Positions 19,536 through 28,218 of a stretch of 61,805 nucleotides of DNA are shown here, in pieces (within the stretch, counting starts at the first letter, position 1; the number at the start of each line of letters is the position of its first letter). The stretch comes from an uncultured Rhodospirillaceae bacterium (GTDB lineage Bacteria; Pseudomonadota; Alphaproteobacteria; MPNO01; UBA2964): the NCBI GenBank assembly GCA_913052165.1, contig CAJXEC010000003.1, positions 1 to 61,805 of the forward strand. The letters are read 5' to 3'. A program made the translations under genes and the position numbers. Below the pieces are notes generated by a model. That model was not told the DNA's origin, searched no databases, and was given only the letters and a program-made list of their open reading frames with translations.

Positions 19536-20234
19536 ATGACGAATGAAACTGAAAAACAGGAACCTGATCATGGTCATAGTCATGGTGACCTCGATGCGGA
19601 TGCACATGCACTTGAACACATTCATGACCACGATCGTCAGTTTCAGCCGGATCTCGAGGATACTCCGCCAACGCGCTACGAGCTGATGGTCTATGCGATC
19701 CGAGAATTGCTGATTGAAAAAGGTCATGTCACTCAAGAAGAAATAACCAAAGCACGAAATACGCTCGAGAGTTGGCAGCCATCACGGGGTGCCGAAATTG
19801 TAGCTCGTGCCTGGACAGATCCCGACTTCAAGAAAAGGCTGCTCACTGATGGTAATGAGGCAATGGCAGATTTCGGGGTGGATGCGGGAGGCGCAAAGCT
19901 AACAGTTTTAGAAAATACAGACGAGGTACAAAATGTAGTCGTTTGTACACTGTGTTCCTGCTATCCCAGAGCGGTGCTTGGGTTGCCACCAGATTGGTAT
20001 AGGTCAAAGGCATATCGGGCGAGAGTCGTCGTCGAACCTCGGAAAGTCTTGAAAGAATTCGGCACCGAAATCCCCGACGAGGTAACCGTTAGGGTTCACG
20101 ATAGCCTGGCAGATCTGCGTTACCTGGTCATACCAAAAAGACCTGCTGGGACGGAAGATTGGAGCCAAGAACAACTTGCCGAAATTGTCACAAGAGACAG
20201 TATGGTTGGAGTAACGAATCCAAAGGCTCTGTGA
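19536..20234 (+). CDS. nitrile hydratase family alpha subunit, cobalt-type metal site, with His-rich N-terminal extension
   Basis: VVVCTLCSCYPRAVLGLPPDWYRS (CTLCSCY at nt 19944-19964) is the Co-type claw-setting motif. RAWTDPDFKKRLL and LRYLVIPKRPAGTEDWS are also present. N-terminus reads EKQEPDHGHSHGDLDADAHALEHIHDHD. Confidence 0.9.
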   Translation: MTNETEKQEPDHGHSHGDLDADAHALEHIHDHDRQFQPDLEDTPPTRYELMVYAIRELLIEKGHVTQEEITKARNTLESWQPSRGAEIVARAWTDPDFKKRLLTDGNEAMADFGVDAGGAKLTVLENTDEVQNVVVCTLCSCYPRAVLGLPPDWYRSKAYRARVVVEPRKVLKEFGTEIPDEVTVRVHDSLADLRYLVIPKRPAGTEDWSQEQLAEIVTRDSMVGVTNPKAL

Positions 20235-20261
20235 TAGAATTATTAAATAAGGAGAGCCTCT

Positions 20262-22598
20262 ATGCCTGATGGACATTTTGGCGGGTCACTCGTCCGGCTA
20301 GAAGATGAAGAATTACTGGTCGGCTCAGCCAAGTATATTGATGATATAAAACCCGCTGGTGTATTGCATGCCTGCTTTGCAAGAAGTTCGTATCCTCACG
20401 CTTTATTAAACAAAGTTGACCTCGCGGCAGCGCGTCTAAAGCCTGGGGTTGTTGCGGCGTATACCATAGATGACCTGGTTGATGTCTTGACCACTGACAG
20501 GATTCCGGAGACCTTTCCTAAACCCCAGCCGCGCGAAGAATATGGGCCTTATGTCCTGGCTCGTGACGAGGTTTGCTACGTTGGAGAGCCCGTTGCAATC
20601 GTTATAGCGAATACTCGATATGAGGCTGAGGATGCGGCTGCCTCGATCGAGATTGAATATGATCCCCTCGATTCGGTAACAGATTGCATGCGAGGGGCAT
20701 ATGAAGGTTCCCCATCAGTAGATACCAGACAAAATACAAATGTTTTTAGTTCTGTGGAATTAGCATTCGGTGATACCGATGCGGGATTTAACTCATCCAT
20801 GCATTCAGTAAAAGAGACCTTCCGGCAACATCGAGGTGTTGCTTCATCAATGGAGTGCCGGGGTGGCGTGGCCAATTTTGATCCTGTAAGAAAAAAAATT
20901 ACGATGTGGGCCTCTTGCCAGCAACCGCATGGCCATAAGGCAATTATTGTTGATCTCTTCGGTGTTAACGAGGATCAGGTCAGGGTCCTAGTGCCAAATT
21001 TGGGTGGTGGATTTGGGCCAAAGTTAAATTTTTATCCTGAAGATGGGGCAATTATCGCGTCCAGTATTAAGCTGGGCCGTCCCGTAAAATGGATAGAAGA
21101 TCGTCGCGAGCATCTTCTCACCACGACCCAGGAGCGAGATCAAATATGGGAGGTCGAGCTAGCCGCAAAACCTGATGGTACGCTTGTAGGTCTTCGAGGG
21201 AGCCTCTATCACGATCAAGGTGCCTATACAGTGAGAGGAACCAACATTCCATTTAGCGCAGCGACAACGATTTTAGGTCCTTATATTCTCCCCAATTACA
21301 GAATGGATGTTAAGGTAGTTCACACAAATAAGGTGCCTTCAACGTCAATGCGAGGCGCAGGCCATCCTCAAGGCAATTTCGTAATGGAACGTCTCTTGGA
21401 TAGAATGGCTGACGAACTTGGGATCGATCGCGCAGAAATTCGCGCCCATAATATGATCTCGTCGAAGCAAATGCCTTACGAACAACCTCTAAAAACACAA
21501 GCAGGGCAACCAATCATTTATGACAGCGGGGACTATCTGGCTTGTCAAAATAATTTAATGAGAGAACTCGCGTATTCTGAATTTCCTGAAAAGAAAAAAT
21601 CTGCGCAAATAGAGGGTCGCCATATTGGATTGGCTATTGCAAATTACGTAAAACCAACCGGTCGGGGCCCGTTTGAAAGTGGGCTTGTTAGGATAGGAAC
21701 TTCTGGACAGGTATCGGTATACACTGGTGCCGTTGCAATGGGCCAAGGTTTTCGGACAGCGATGAGCCAACTGGCGGCCGAACAACTCGGAATTAAACCG
21801 AGTGAAGTGAATTTTATTTCTGGAGATACAGATACTATCAGTCACGGTATTGGGGGGTTCGCTAGCAGGCAAACTGTCTGCGCAGGCTCAGCTATTCATC
21901 AAGCGTCTCTTAAGGTGCGTGCGAAGGTCATTTCGGTCGCGGCGCATTTGCTCGAGGCCTCTGAAGAAGACCTAGAATTAAAAGACGGCTGTGTATTTGT
22001 TAAGGGAGTTGAGGACCTATCAGTAGGTTTTAGAGAAATAGCGAATTCGGTAGCTGGAATTCCTGGGGTTTCTCTTCCTGAGGGGATTTCGGCTGGGCTG
22101 GAGGCTAAAGTTGATTTTAAACCCGACAACGTCACATATGCGAATGGTGCGCACGGGTGTGAGGTAGAAGTGGACCCCGAGACAGGCCGAGTAACTATCC
22201 TGCGTTACGTAGTTGTCCATGATAGCGGTCGTTTAGTGAACCCACTTATCGTTGATGGTCAAGTTCACGGAGCTGTCACTCTCGGTTTGGGTCATGCCTT
22301 TTACGAAGAAATGATGTACGATCAAGAAGGACAACCTCTTAGCACCAATCTTGCCGAGTATCTAATACCAACGGCGTGCGAAGTACCAAACTTTGAAATC
22401 ATCCATCATGTATCTCCGACTGACCGAAATCCAATTGGAGTTAAGGGGGTGGGGGAGTGTGGGGTCATGGCATCCATGCCGGTTCTTCTTGCCGCGGTTG
22501 AAAATGCCCTCAGCCCTTTTCATGTAAAACTCAACGCTTATCCTGTAACTCCGTCAATGATAGTGGAAAAAGTTCGGGCGGGCACAAACTTGGACTAG
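20262..22598 (+). CDS. xanthine dehydrogenase / aldehyde oxidase / CoxL-family molybdopterin-binding large subunit (no partner subunits nearby)
   Basis: 778 aa. a/b-hammerhead N-terminus (LVRLEDEELLVGSAKYIDD), then GGGFGPK, SMRGAGHPQGNFVMERLLD, and C-terminal GVKGVGECG with the catalytic Glu. Confidence 0.85.
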   Translation: MPDGHFGGSLVRLEDEELLVGSAKYIDDIKPAGVLHACFARSSYPHALLNKVDLAAARLKPGVVAAYTIDDLVDVLTTDRIPETFPKPQPREEYGPYVLARDEVCYVGEPVAIVIANTRYEAEDAAASIEIEYDPLDSVTDCMRGAYEGSPSVDTRQNTNVFSSVELAFGDTDAGFNSSMHSVKETFRQHRGVASSMECRGGVANFDPVRKKITMWASCQQPHGHKAIIVDLFGVNEDQVRVLVPNLGGGFGPKLNFYPEDGAIIASSIKLGRPVKWIEDRREHLLTTTQERDQIWEVELAAKPDGTLVGLRGSLYHDQGAYTVRGTNIPFSAATTILGPYILPNYRMDVKVVHTNKVPSTSMRGAGHPQGNFVMERLLDRMADELGIDRAEIRAHNMISSKQMPYEQPLKTQAGQPIIYDSGDYLACQNNLMRELAYSEFPEKKKSAQIEGRHIGLAIANYVKPTGRGPFESGLVRIGTSGQVSVYTGAVAMGQGFRTAMSQLAAEQLGIKPSEVNFISGDTDTISHGIGGFASRQTVCAGSAIHQASLKVRAKVISVAAHLLEASEEDLELKDGCVFVKGVEDLSVGFREIANSVAGIPGVSLPEGISAGLEAKVDFKPDNVTYANGAHGCEVEVDPETGRVTILRYVVVHDSGRLVNPLIVDGQVHGAVTLGLGHAFYEEMMYDQEGQPLSTNLAEYLIPTACEVPNFEIIHHVSPTDRNPIGVKGVGECGVMASMPVLLAAVENALSPFHVKLNAYPVTPSMIVEKVRAGTNLD

Positions 22599-22601
22599 AC
22601 A

Positions 22602-23153
22602 ATGGCTCGTTTTCCTAAAATTGATCCTGAAAATATGGAGGATAAACAAAAACGTGTAAGCGATGCGATTGCAGGCGGCCCCCGGGGGAGTGTTAGGGGG
22701 CCATTCCATGCACTTCTTTACGCGCCGGATGTTGCAGACCTAGTCCAGGCTCTTGGTGCTCACGTGCGCTACTCGATCTCGATACCTTGGTCACTTCGCG
22801 AGATTGCCATCCTAGTTACAGCTAAGCACTGGAATGCCCAATATGAATGGTATGCGCATGAAAAAGAGGCACAAAAAGCGGGCACTGATCAAGCCATTAT
22901 AGACGCGATCCGTGAGGGTAGACGTCCAGATTTTACGCCAGATCAATCTGCTGAGGCCGACATTTATGCATTTGCTACTGAGCTTTATGAAAATCGTTCG
23001 ATTAGCGATGCTACCTTCGATAAAATCTCGAATGCCTATGGTAAAGAGGGTGCCATCGAACTAGTCGCCCTAATGGGGCATTACAACGTAATTGCAATGA
23101 CGTTGAACGTAGCGGAAGTAGAAGTTCCAGGTGGAGATCGCCCCCTGGGTTAA
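22602..23153 (+). CDS. carboxymuconolactone decarboxylase (AhpD-like) family protein
   Basis: The motif AKHWNAQYEWYAHEKEAQKAG is typical of the CMD family. It starts 3 nt after the Mo-subunit stop. Confidence 0.7.
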   Translation: MARFPKIDPENMEDKQKRVSDAIAGGPRGSVRGPFHALLYAPDVADLVQALGAHVRYSISIPWSLREIAILVTAKHWNAQYEWYAHEKEAQKAGTDQAIIDAIREGRRPDFTPDQSAEADIYAFATELYENRSISDATFDKISNAYGKEGAIELVALMGHYNVIAMTLNVAEVEVPGGDRPLG

Positions 23154-23242
23154 TCAAGCAGTAAGACCAGATTTTATTGCGGCGTTTATTGTAATGTCGG
23201 AAACGGTATTCGTTCGCAATTCGGTTGGGGCATCACATTTAC

Positions 23243-24106
23243 TTAAAAAGTCGCGCCTGAGTTTCTCCAGGCGTTTATGATTTCGGATCCTGTTGCGAAC
23301 CAAACTTTTTCGTGGCTGGCAATATGATCCAAAATAGATTCGAGGACCCAAAACCTATGGGACACACCGATAACAAATGGGTGGATCGCGATTGCCATAA
23401 CTCTTCCGGAAGTCTCTCCTTCCATGTAAAGCCTATCGAAAGCGGCTTTTCCCATGGCTTCGAATTCTTCATTAGACCGCCCAGCTCTAAATTGGGGTAG
23501 GTCATTGATTTCCGCTGTATAGGGAAGGCTTATTAGTTGCTTACCATTTACTTCCATAAAATATGGTTGGTCATCATTAACCCAATCTCCGACATACTCA
23601 ATTCCTTCGGAAGCCAAGTAGTCTAGAGTATCCCATGTTTCTGACATGCCCGATCCTAGCCAACCCTTGGGCCGGACCCCGGTGGTTTCTGTAATTCTAC
23701 GCAGGGCATCATGAATAACCTGTTGTTCAGTCTCTGGCGGAATATCGTGAAGTCGCCGGGTATTTGATTGGTTGTGCCCCAGAAATTCCCAATCAAGGGC
23801 CATGGCATCTTCCATAATTTCTGGATAGACGTCACAGACCTCAGAATTCAAAGTCACAGAACCCCTAATATTTCGTTTGGAGAGCGCATCCATTATGCGA
23901 AACACACCTACTCGGGCACCATAATCACGTTGTGAAAAATGTTGAACCTCCGGTATTTTTCTATCGCCGATAATTTTTTCATCGAGCGCGAAACTCTCAA
24001 TATTGGGGATTACCCAAACAGCTACGTGAGCCCCATTGGGCCATTTTAATTTTGGCCGCCGATTTATTGGTGTGTAGGGAAATGGTCCGTATTTTCGCGG
24101 TTCCAT
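23243..24106 (-). CDS. polysaccharide deacetylase-fold hydrolase (PuuE-allantoinase-like)
   Basis: KWPNGAHVAVWVIPNIESF, DYGARVGVFRIMDAL, and EFLGHNQSN follow the pattern of PuuE-type deacetylase-fold amidohydrolases. Confidence 0.7.
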   Translation of the reverse strand: MEPRKYGPFPYTPINRRPKLKWPNGAHVAVWVIPNIESFALDEKIIGDRKIPEVQHFSQRDYGARVGVFRIMDALSKRNIRGSVTLNSEVCDVYPEIMEDAMALDWEFLGHNQSNTRRLHDIPPETEQQVIHDALRRITETTGVRPKGWLGSGMSETWDTLDYLASEGIEYVGDWVNDDQPYFMEVNGKQLISLPYTAEINDLPQFRAGRSNEEFEAMGKAAFDRLYMEGETSGRVMAIAIHPFVIGVSHRFWVLESILDHIASHEKVWFATGSEIINAWRNSGATF

Positions 24107-24114
24107 TTTCTATC

Positions 24115-24813
24115 TTATTCCTGGTTATGGCGCCGGTTTAATTCATCAACTATTTCCTCAACGTGCATTACGTCCGCATACTTGTGGTGCATGTCAAATA
24201 AATTCATTTTATGCGTATCTATGTACCGATCAAAACATCCCTCTTCCGCCAGGGTGACGTGGATACCATTGGAATATGCATCAAGCACAGTAGCTCGAAC
24301 ACAACCTGATGTGCTCTCCCCACAGACGATCACACTGTCTACATCCATTTGGTTTAACTGAGCAATTAAGGGTGTGCCATAGAACGCGCTTGCCCGCTGT
24401 TTATACACCATCAGGTCACCGGGCTCTGGAGCGAATTCTTCCTGTATTTCCCACACCTCGTCAGAGCGTTCAACCTTTTGCCTGTTGGTCGCGTAAGCAG
24501 CAGCAATGTTGGCATCCTTACGTGATTCCGTAGTCGAGTAGATCACTGGAATCCCTGCTTGGCGACAAGCGGTAAAGAGGCTTTGGAGATGAGGGATTGC
24601 GTTCCAAGCATTTTCCCCACAAGAGCTTGGGTACCTATCGATGATCTCATTGACTGGTTTTGCTCCTCCTTGAAAAGCAAGTTTATAAAGGTCTATGGCA
24701 AGCAAAGCGGGACGCTTTCCAACGTAGGTGACCCGCTCGTAGGCGGCATAAATCTGCAACGCTTTTGGATCAACTAAATCCTGCCAACAATGATCTTCAA
24801 ATTTCGAAACCAA
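24115..24813 (-). CDS. isochorismatase-family cysteine hydrolase (amidase type)
   Basis: PALLAIDLYK supplies the Asp, and VIVCGESTSGCVRATVLDA supplies the nucleophile Cys. This is the same family as nicotinamidase, N-carbamoylsarcosine amidase and NicF. Confidence 0.8.
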   Translation of the reverse strand: MVSKFEDHCWQDLVDPKALQIYAAYERVTYVGKRPALLAIDLYKLAFQGGAKPVNEIIDRYPSSCGENAWNAIPHLQSLFTACRQAGIPVIYSTTESRKDANIAAAYATNRQKVERSDEVWEIQEEFAPEPGDLMVYKQRASAFYGTPLIAQLNQMDVDSVIVCGESTSGCVRATVLDAYSNGIHVTLAEEGCFDRYIDTHKMNLFDMHHKYADVMHVEEIVDELNRRHNQE

Positions 24814-24928
24814 GGCACTCTCCTTAAAATTTGAACTCGACAGTATTACAGGCCTCGAAACTGTTCAACGGTTGTGCTTACGCAGCTGAAAGATCTTGTA
24901 CTGAATAATCCAGCGGACAGAAGCCGGG

Positions 24929-25415
24929 GACAGATACGGAGGTATCGAAGACTTGGAAGTGTTCCAATAAGGTGTGTGCTATTTGTCTTGGTGGTATCGA
25001 AATGACACTGACCCACGGTCCTGTTGATCCTGACGAAGCCACTGCGGAGGCAGATGAGCGTTAGATGAGGGGATGAAATTTATCGATACCTCTAATGCTC
25101 TGGGGCTGGAAAAAATGTTTCGGTCGGGGAAACGGTCGGTGCGATAGCAAGGTTGGTTGAGGTCGGTAAAGTGCGCCGGTTAAACCTCTCTGAGGCGGGA
25201 GAGGAGGCCATTGATCGGACTAATGCCACCCATAGTATTATGGCAATCCAAACTGGGTGCCCTCTCTGAATAAGGTTTGTCGGGGATCAAATACTAATTT
25301 TCCGTAGAGATTTGATATTGGTGTTGTCGGTTATTTTCCACTCCGCCGCGAGAGACTAACTGGTGCTTTGGCTAGGGCTGATAGTTTGCCCGAGAATGAA
25401 CCTAGCCGCTTCAGG
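24929..25415 (+). pseudogene. aldo/keto reductase remnant (frameshifts, stops, internal deletion, 3' truncation)
   Basis: AKR-like pieces occur in three frames: DRYGGIEDLEV; VCAICLGGIEMTLTHGPVDPDEATA; MKFIDTSNALGLEKMF; LVEVGKVRRLNLSEAGEEAIDRTNATHSIMAIQTGCPL; FDIGVVGYFPLRRERLTG...PSRF. About 80 aa of the middle and the last ~90 aa are absent. Confidence 0.8.
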
Positions 25416-25422
25416 ACGGTAG

Positions 25423-26217
25423 TCATAAAAGTAGCTCATCGATAGAGGGATGCATGGATGTCGCTTGGCTAATTTCACTCGGGAGATTTGTCAAAGAATT
25501 AAGTTGCCAATGCTGTTCGATAAAAGGACTATTTTTCGGTTTTCTCGATTGGGTGATGTTGAACACTTTGTTAAAAATTTGACTCCATTCAAAAAGATGA
25601 GGTGAGGCCCCAGCGAGGAGGTCTGGCAACCAACCTATTCTCGTCAATTCGATACAATCAATCGAGACGCGCAATAGCTTGGAATGTGCGTAAGGATGAG
25701 CGATCATCAAAACTGATGCCTTGCCGCTAGCTGCATGATTGGCAAGCGGTAATAAAACCAATTCAGCTGTCTCCCCACCCCATGGTCCAGCCTTTTCAAC
25801 TCTGAAATCCATCAGCCTTTCAGTAAACTCAAAGTCCATACCCGACAGCTTATTGCAGGCTTGCCGAAGTTTAGTCATGTAATCGGGATCACGATAAACG
25901 ATCCGATACTCATTACCTGTCGCCGTGCTTGCGAAACCCGATAGCTGCTGCAACTCAAATTTCGGGTCAAAGTTGTTGGGGTCTGATAAAAGGGTTGGTA
26001 AATTTCCGAATACCGACCAAAATTGAGAGCTTGAAAGTGGTGTTTCCAAGACCATCCGGAAATGTTGGAAGTGAAATAAACCCTTTTCGTCGGGTAGGCT
26101 CCTCCGTTTTTGATCAATCCATAGTTTAAGGGGGTTCCAGGTGGGCCTTCTTACATTGTTATCAGAGTTTTCTCTAACAAAAGCGTCGCAATGCTCTGTA
26201 GAATCTGTGTTAGACAT
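25423..26217 (-). CDS. hypothetical protein, no family recognised
   Basis: Uninterrupted 264-codon ORF on the strand of the neighbouring typA, with no TM segment or signal peptide. I cannot place it in any family from sequence alone. Confidence 0.55.
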   Translation of the reverse strand: MSNTDSTEHCDAFVRENSDNNVRRPTWNPLKLWIDQKRRSLPDEKGLFHFQHFRMVLETPLSSSQFWSVFGNLPTLLSDPNNFDPKFELQQLSGFASTATGNEYRIVYRDPDYMTKLRQACNKLSGMDFEFTERLMDFRVEKAGPWGGETAELVLLPLANHAASGKASVLMIAHPYAHSKLLRVSIDCIELTRIGWLPDLLAGASPHLFEWSQIFNKVFNITQSRKPKNSPFIEQHWQLNSLTNLPSEISQATSMHPSIDELLL

Positions 26218-26364
26218 AATACAAACGATATTTCAATTCTTTTTGTCAGAGAGCTACAGAATGGCTTCTTGCTCTGACCAGTTAAAAAAACAGTATGAGT
26301 GAGGCACAGTTAACGAAAAGATGCTGCAGTTAATTTATCGCGACTTAAAAAGAGCGTCTTACGG

Positions 26365-28218
26365 CTAATTGGTACCAATAGCCATTCTGCGCGCCGCTCT
26401 CTTCCGCTCGTTGGGATCAAGAAATCTTTTGCGTAATCTAATTGCATTGGGTGTTACCTCGACAAGCTCATCCTCGGCGATGTATGAAATAGCACGTTCG
26501 AGCGTCATTTTGATGGGTGGAGTAAGAAGTATATTTTCATCCGAACCCGCGGCTCTGATATTCGTAAGTTGCTTCGCTTTAAGGGGGTTAGCTTCTAAAT
26601 CTTGGCCTTTATTATGTTCCCCGATTAACATTCCACCGTATACATCGGTCCCCGGGGAGACAAAAAGGGCACCCCGGTCTTCTAAATTCCACAGAGCATA
26701 GGCAACAGCTTTGCCCCGGCTTATGGAGATTATTACACCGTGGTGACGTCCATCTATATGACCTCTGTTGGGAGAGTATTCATGAAACATTCTGTTCATA
26801 ACCCCAGTGCCATGTGTATCCGTAAGAAATTCTCCATGATAACCAATTAGGGCTCTGGAGGGCGCATGGAAAACCAATCTTTGCTTTCCGCCGCCGGAAG
26901 GGCGCATTTCGCGTAACTCGCCGCGACGTGCTCCAAGTTTTTCGACTACCACTCCTGAATATTGCTCGTCGACATCGATGGTAACTTCTTCAATGGGTTC
27001 TAATCTGGCCCCAGAGTCGGGATCTTCTCGATATACCACTCTAGGGCGACTGATGGAGAGTTCATATCCTTCTCTTCTCATAGTTTCCACCAAAACCGCT
27101 ATCTGCAATTCGCCGCGTCCCGCGACCTCGAAGCCGTTTCCATCAGGTTGATCAGAGATGTGAATTGCTACATTGCCCTCGGACTCACGCATTAGTCGGT
27201 CCCGGATCATCCGAGAGGTAACTTTATCTCCGTCCTGTCCTGCCAATGGGGAGTCGTTGATTGAAATCGTTACCGCTAGGGTCGGTGGGTCGATAGGTCT
27301 AGCCTCGAGGGCTTGTGTAACGCCGGCGTCACAGATCGTATCTGCCACCGTAGCTTTTGGAAATCCAGCCAAAGCGACAATGTCGCCAGACGAAGCTTCC
27401 TCCAACGGCACACGTTCCAAACCTCGGAAGGCGAGTATTTTTGTGACGCGAGCCTGTTCGATTTTATGTCCGTCGCGGGAGAGTGCGATTGCGTTAGTAT
27501 TCGCTTTGATCGTGCCACTATCTACACGACCCGTTAATAGTCTACCGAGGTAGGGGTCTGACTCTAAGGTCGTGGCCAGCATTTTGAATGGAGCATTAAG
27601 TTGTATATCTGGTGCGGGCACATGGCCTATAATCAAGTCAAAAAGAGGCTGAAGGTCATTCCCTGGATGGTTCGGGTCTTCCCCCATCCAGCCTTGCTTA
27701 CTTGAGCCGTAAAGCACCGGAAAGTCGAGTTGGAATTCATCCGCATCTAGGGCCGCAAACAAGTCAAATATTTCATCGAGGACTTCGTCGGGTCTTGCAT
27801 CCGACCTGTCCACTTTATTTATGATTACAATAGGCCTTAAACCAAGCCCTAAAACTTTGGACAAAACAAATTTGGTTTGAGGCATTGGCCCCTCGGCTGC
27901 GTCCACCAGTAACAGGCAGCCATCCACCATCGAAAGAATTCGTTCTACCTCACCTCCAAAGTCGGCGTGACCAGGAGTGTCAACTATATTTATTCGAGTA
28001 TCTCCCAGCTCTATGGAGGTGCATTTAGCTAAAATTGTTATGCCACGCTCCCTTTCAAGATCATTGGAATCCAGTGCTTGTTCAGGAACTTTTTGGTTTT
28101 CTCTAAATTGCCCTGATTGCCGGAGCATGCAGTCGACGGTAGTGGTTTTTCCGTGGTCCACATGAGCGACGATAGCAATGTTCCTTAGCTGTTCAATATG
28201 CATTGGCGGCGCGTTCAT
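26365..28218 (-). CDS. typA: translational GTPase TypA/BipA
   Basis: NIAIVAHVDHGKTT, DTPGHADFGGEVER, NKVDR, and a full EF-G-like domain set ending in the BipA-specific C-terminal domain. 617 aa. Confidence 0.95.
   Translation of the reverse strand: MNAPPMHIEQLRNIAIVAHVDHGKTTTVDCMLRQSGQFRENQKVPEQALDSNDLERERGITILAKCTSIELGDTRINIVDTPGHADFGGEVERILSMVDGCLLLVDAAEGPMPQTKFVLSKVLGLGLRPIVIINKVDRSDARPDEVLDEIFDLFAALDADEFQLDFPVLYGSSKQGWMGEDPNHPGNDLQPLFDLIIGHVPAPDIQLNAPFKMLATTLESDPYLGRLLTGRVDSGTIKANTNAIALSRDGHKIEQARVTKILAFRGLERVPLEEASSGDIVALAGFPKATVADTICDAGVTQALEARPIDPPTLAVTISINDSPLAGQDGDKVTSRMIRDRLMRESEGNVAIHISDQPDGNGFEVAGRGELQIAVLVETMRREGYELSISRPRVVYREDPDSGARLEPIEEVTIDVDEQYSGVVVEKLGARRGELREMRPSGGGKQRLVFHAPSRALIGYHGEFLTDTHGTGVMNRMFHEYSPNRGHIDGRHHGVIISISRGKAVAYALWNLEDRGALFVSPGTDVYGGMLIGEHNKGQDLEANPLKAKQLTNIRAAGSDENILLTPPIKMTLERAISYIAEDELVEVTPNAIRLRKRFLDPNERKRAARRMAIGTN

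Noticed and set aside
26249-26283. Imperfect hairpin GTCAGAGAGC...GCTCTGAC downstream of typA, considered as its terminator.
   Set aside because: On both strands the T-run precedes and the A-run follows the stem, the opposite of an intrinsic terminator. The stem also has a bulge. I left it unannotated.
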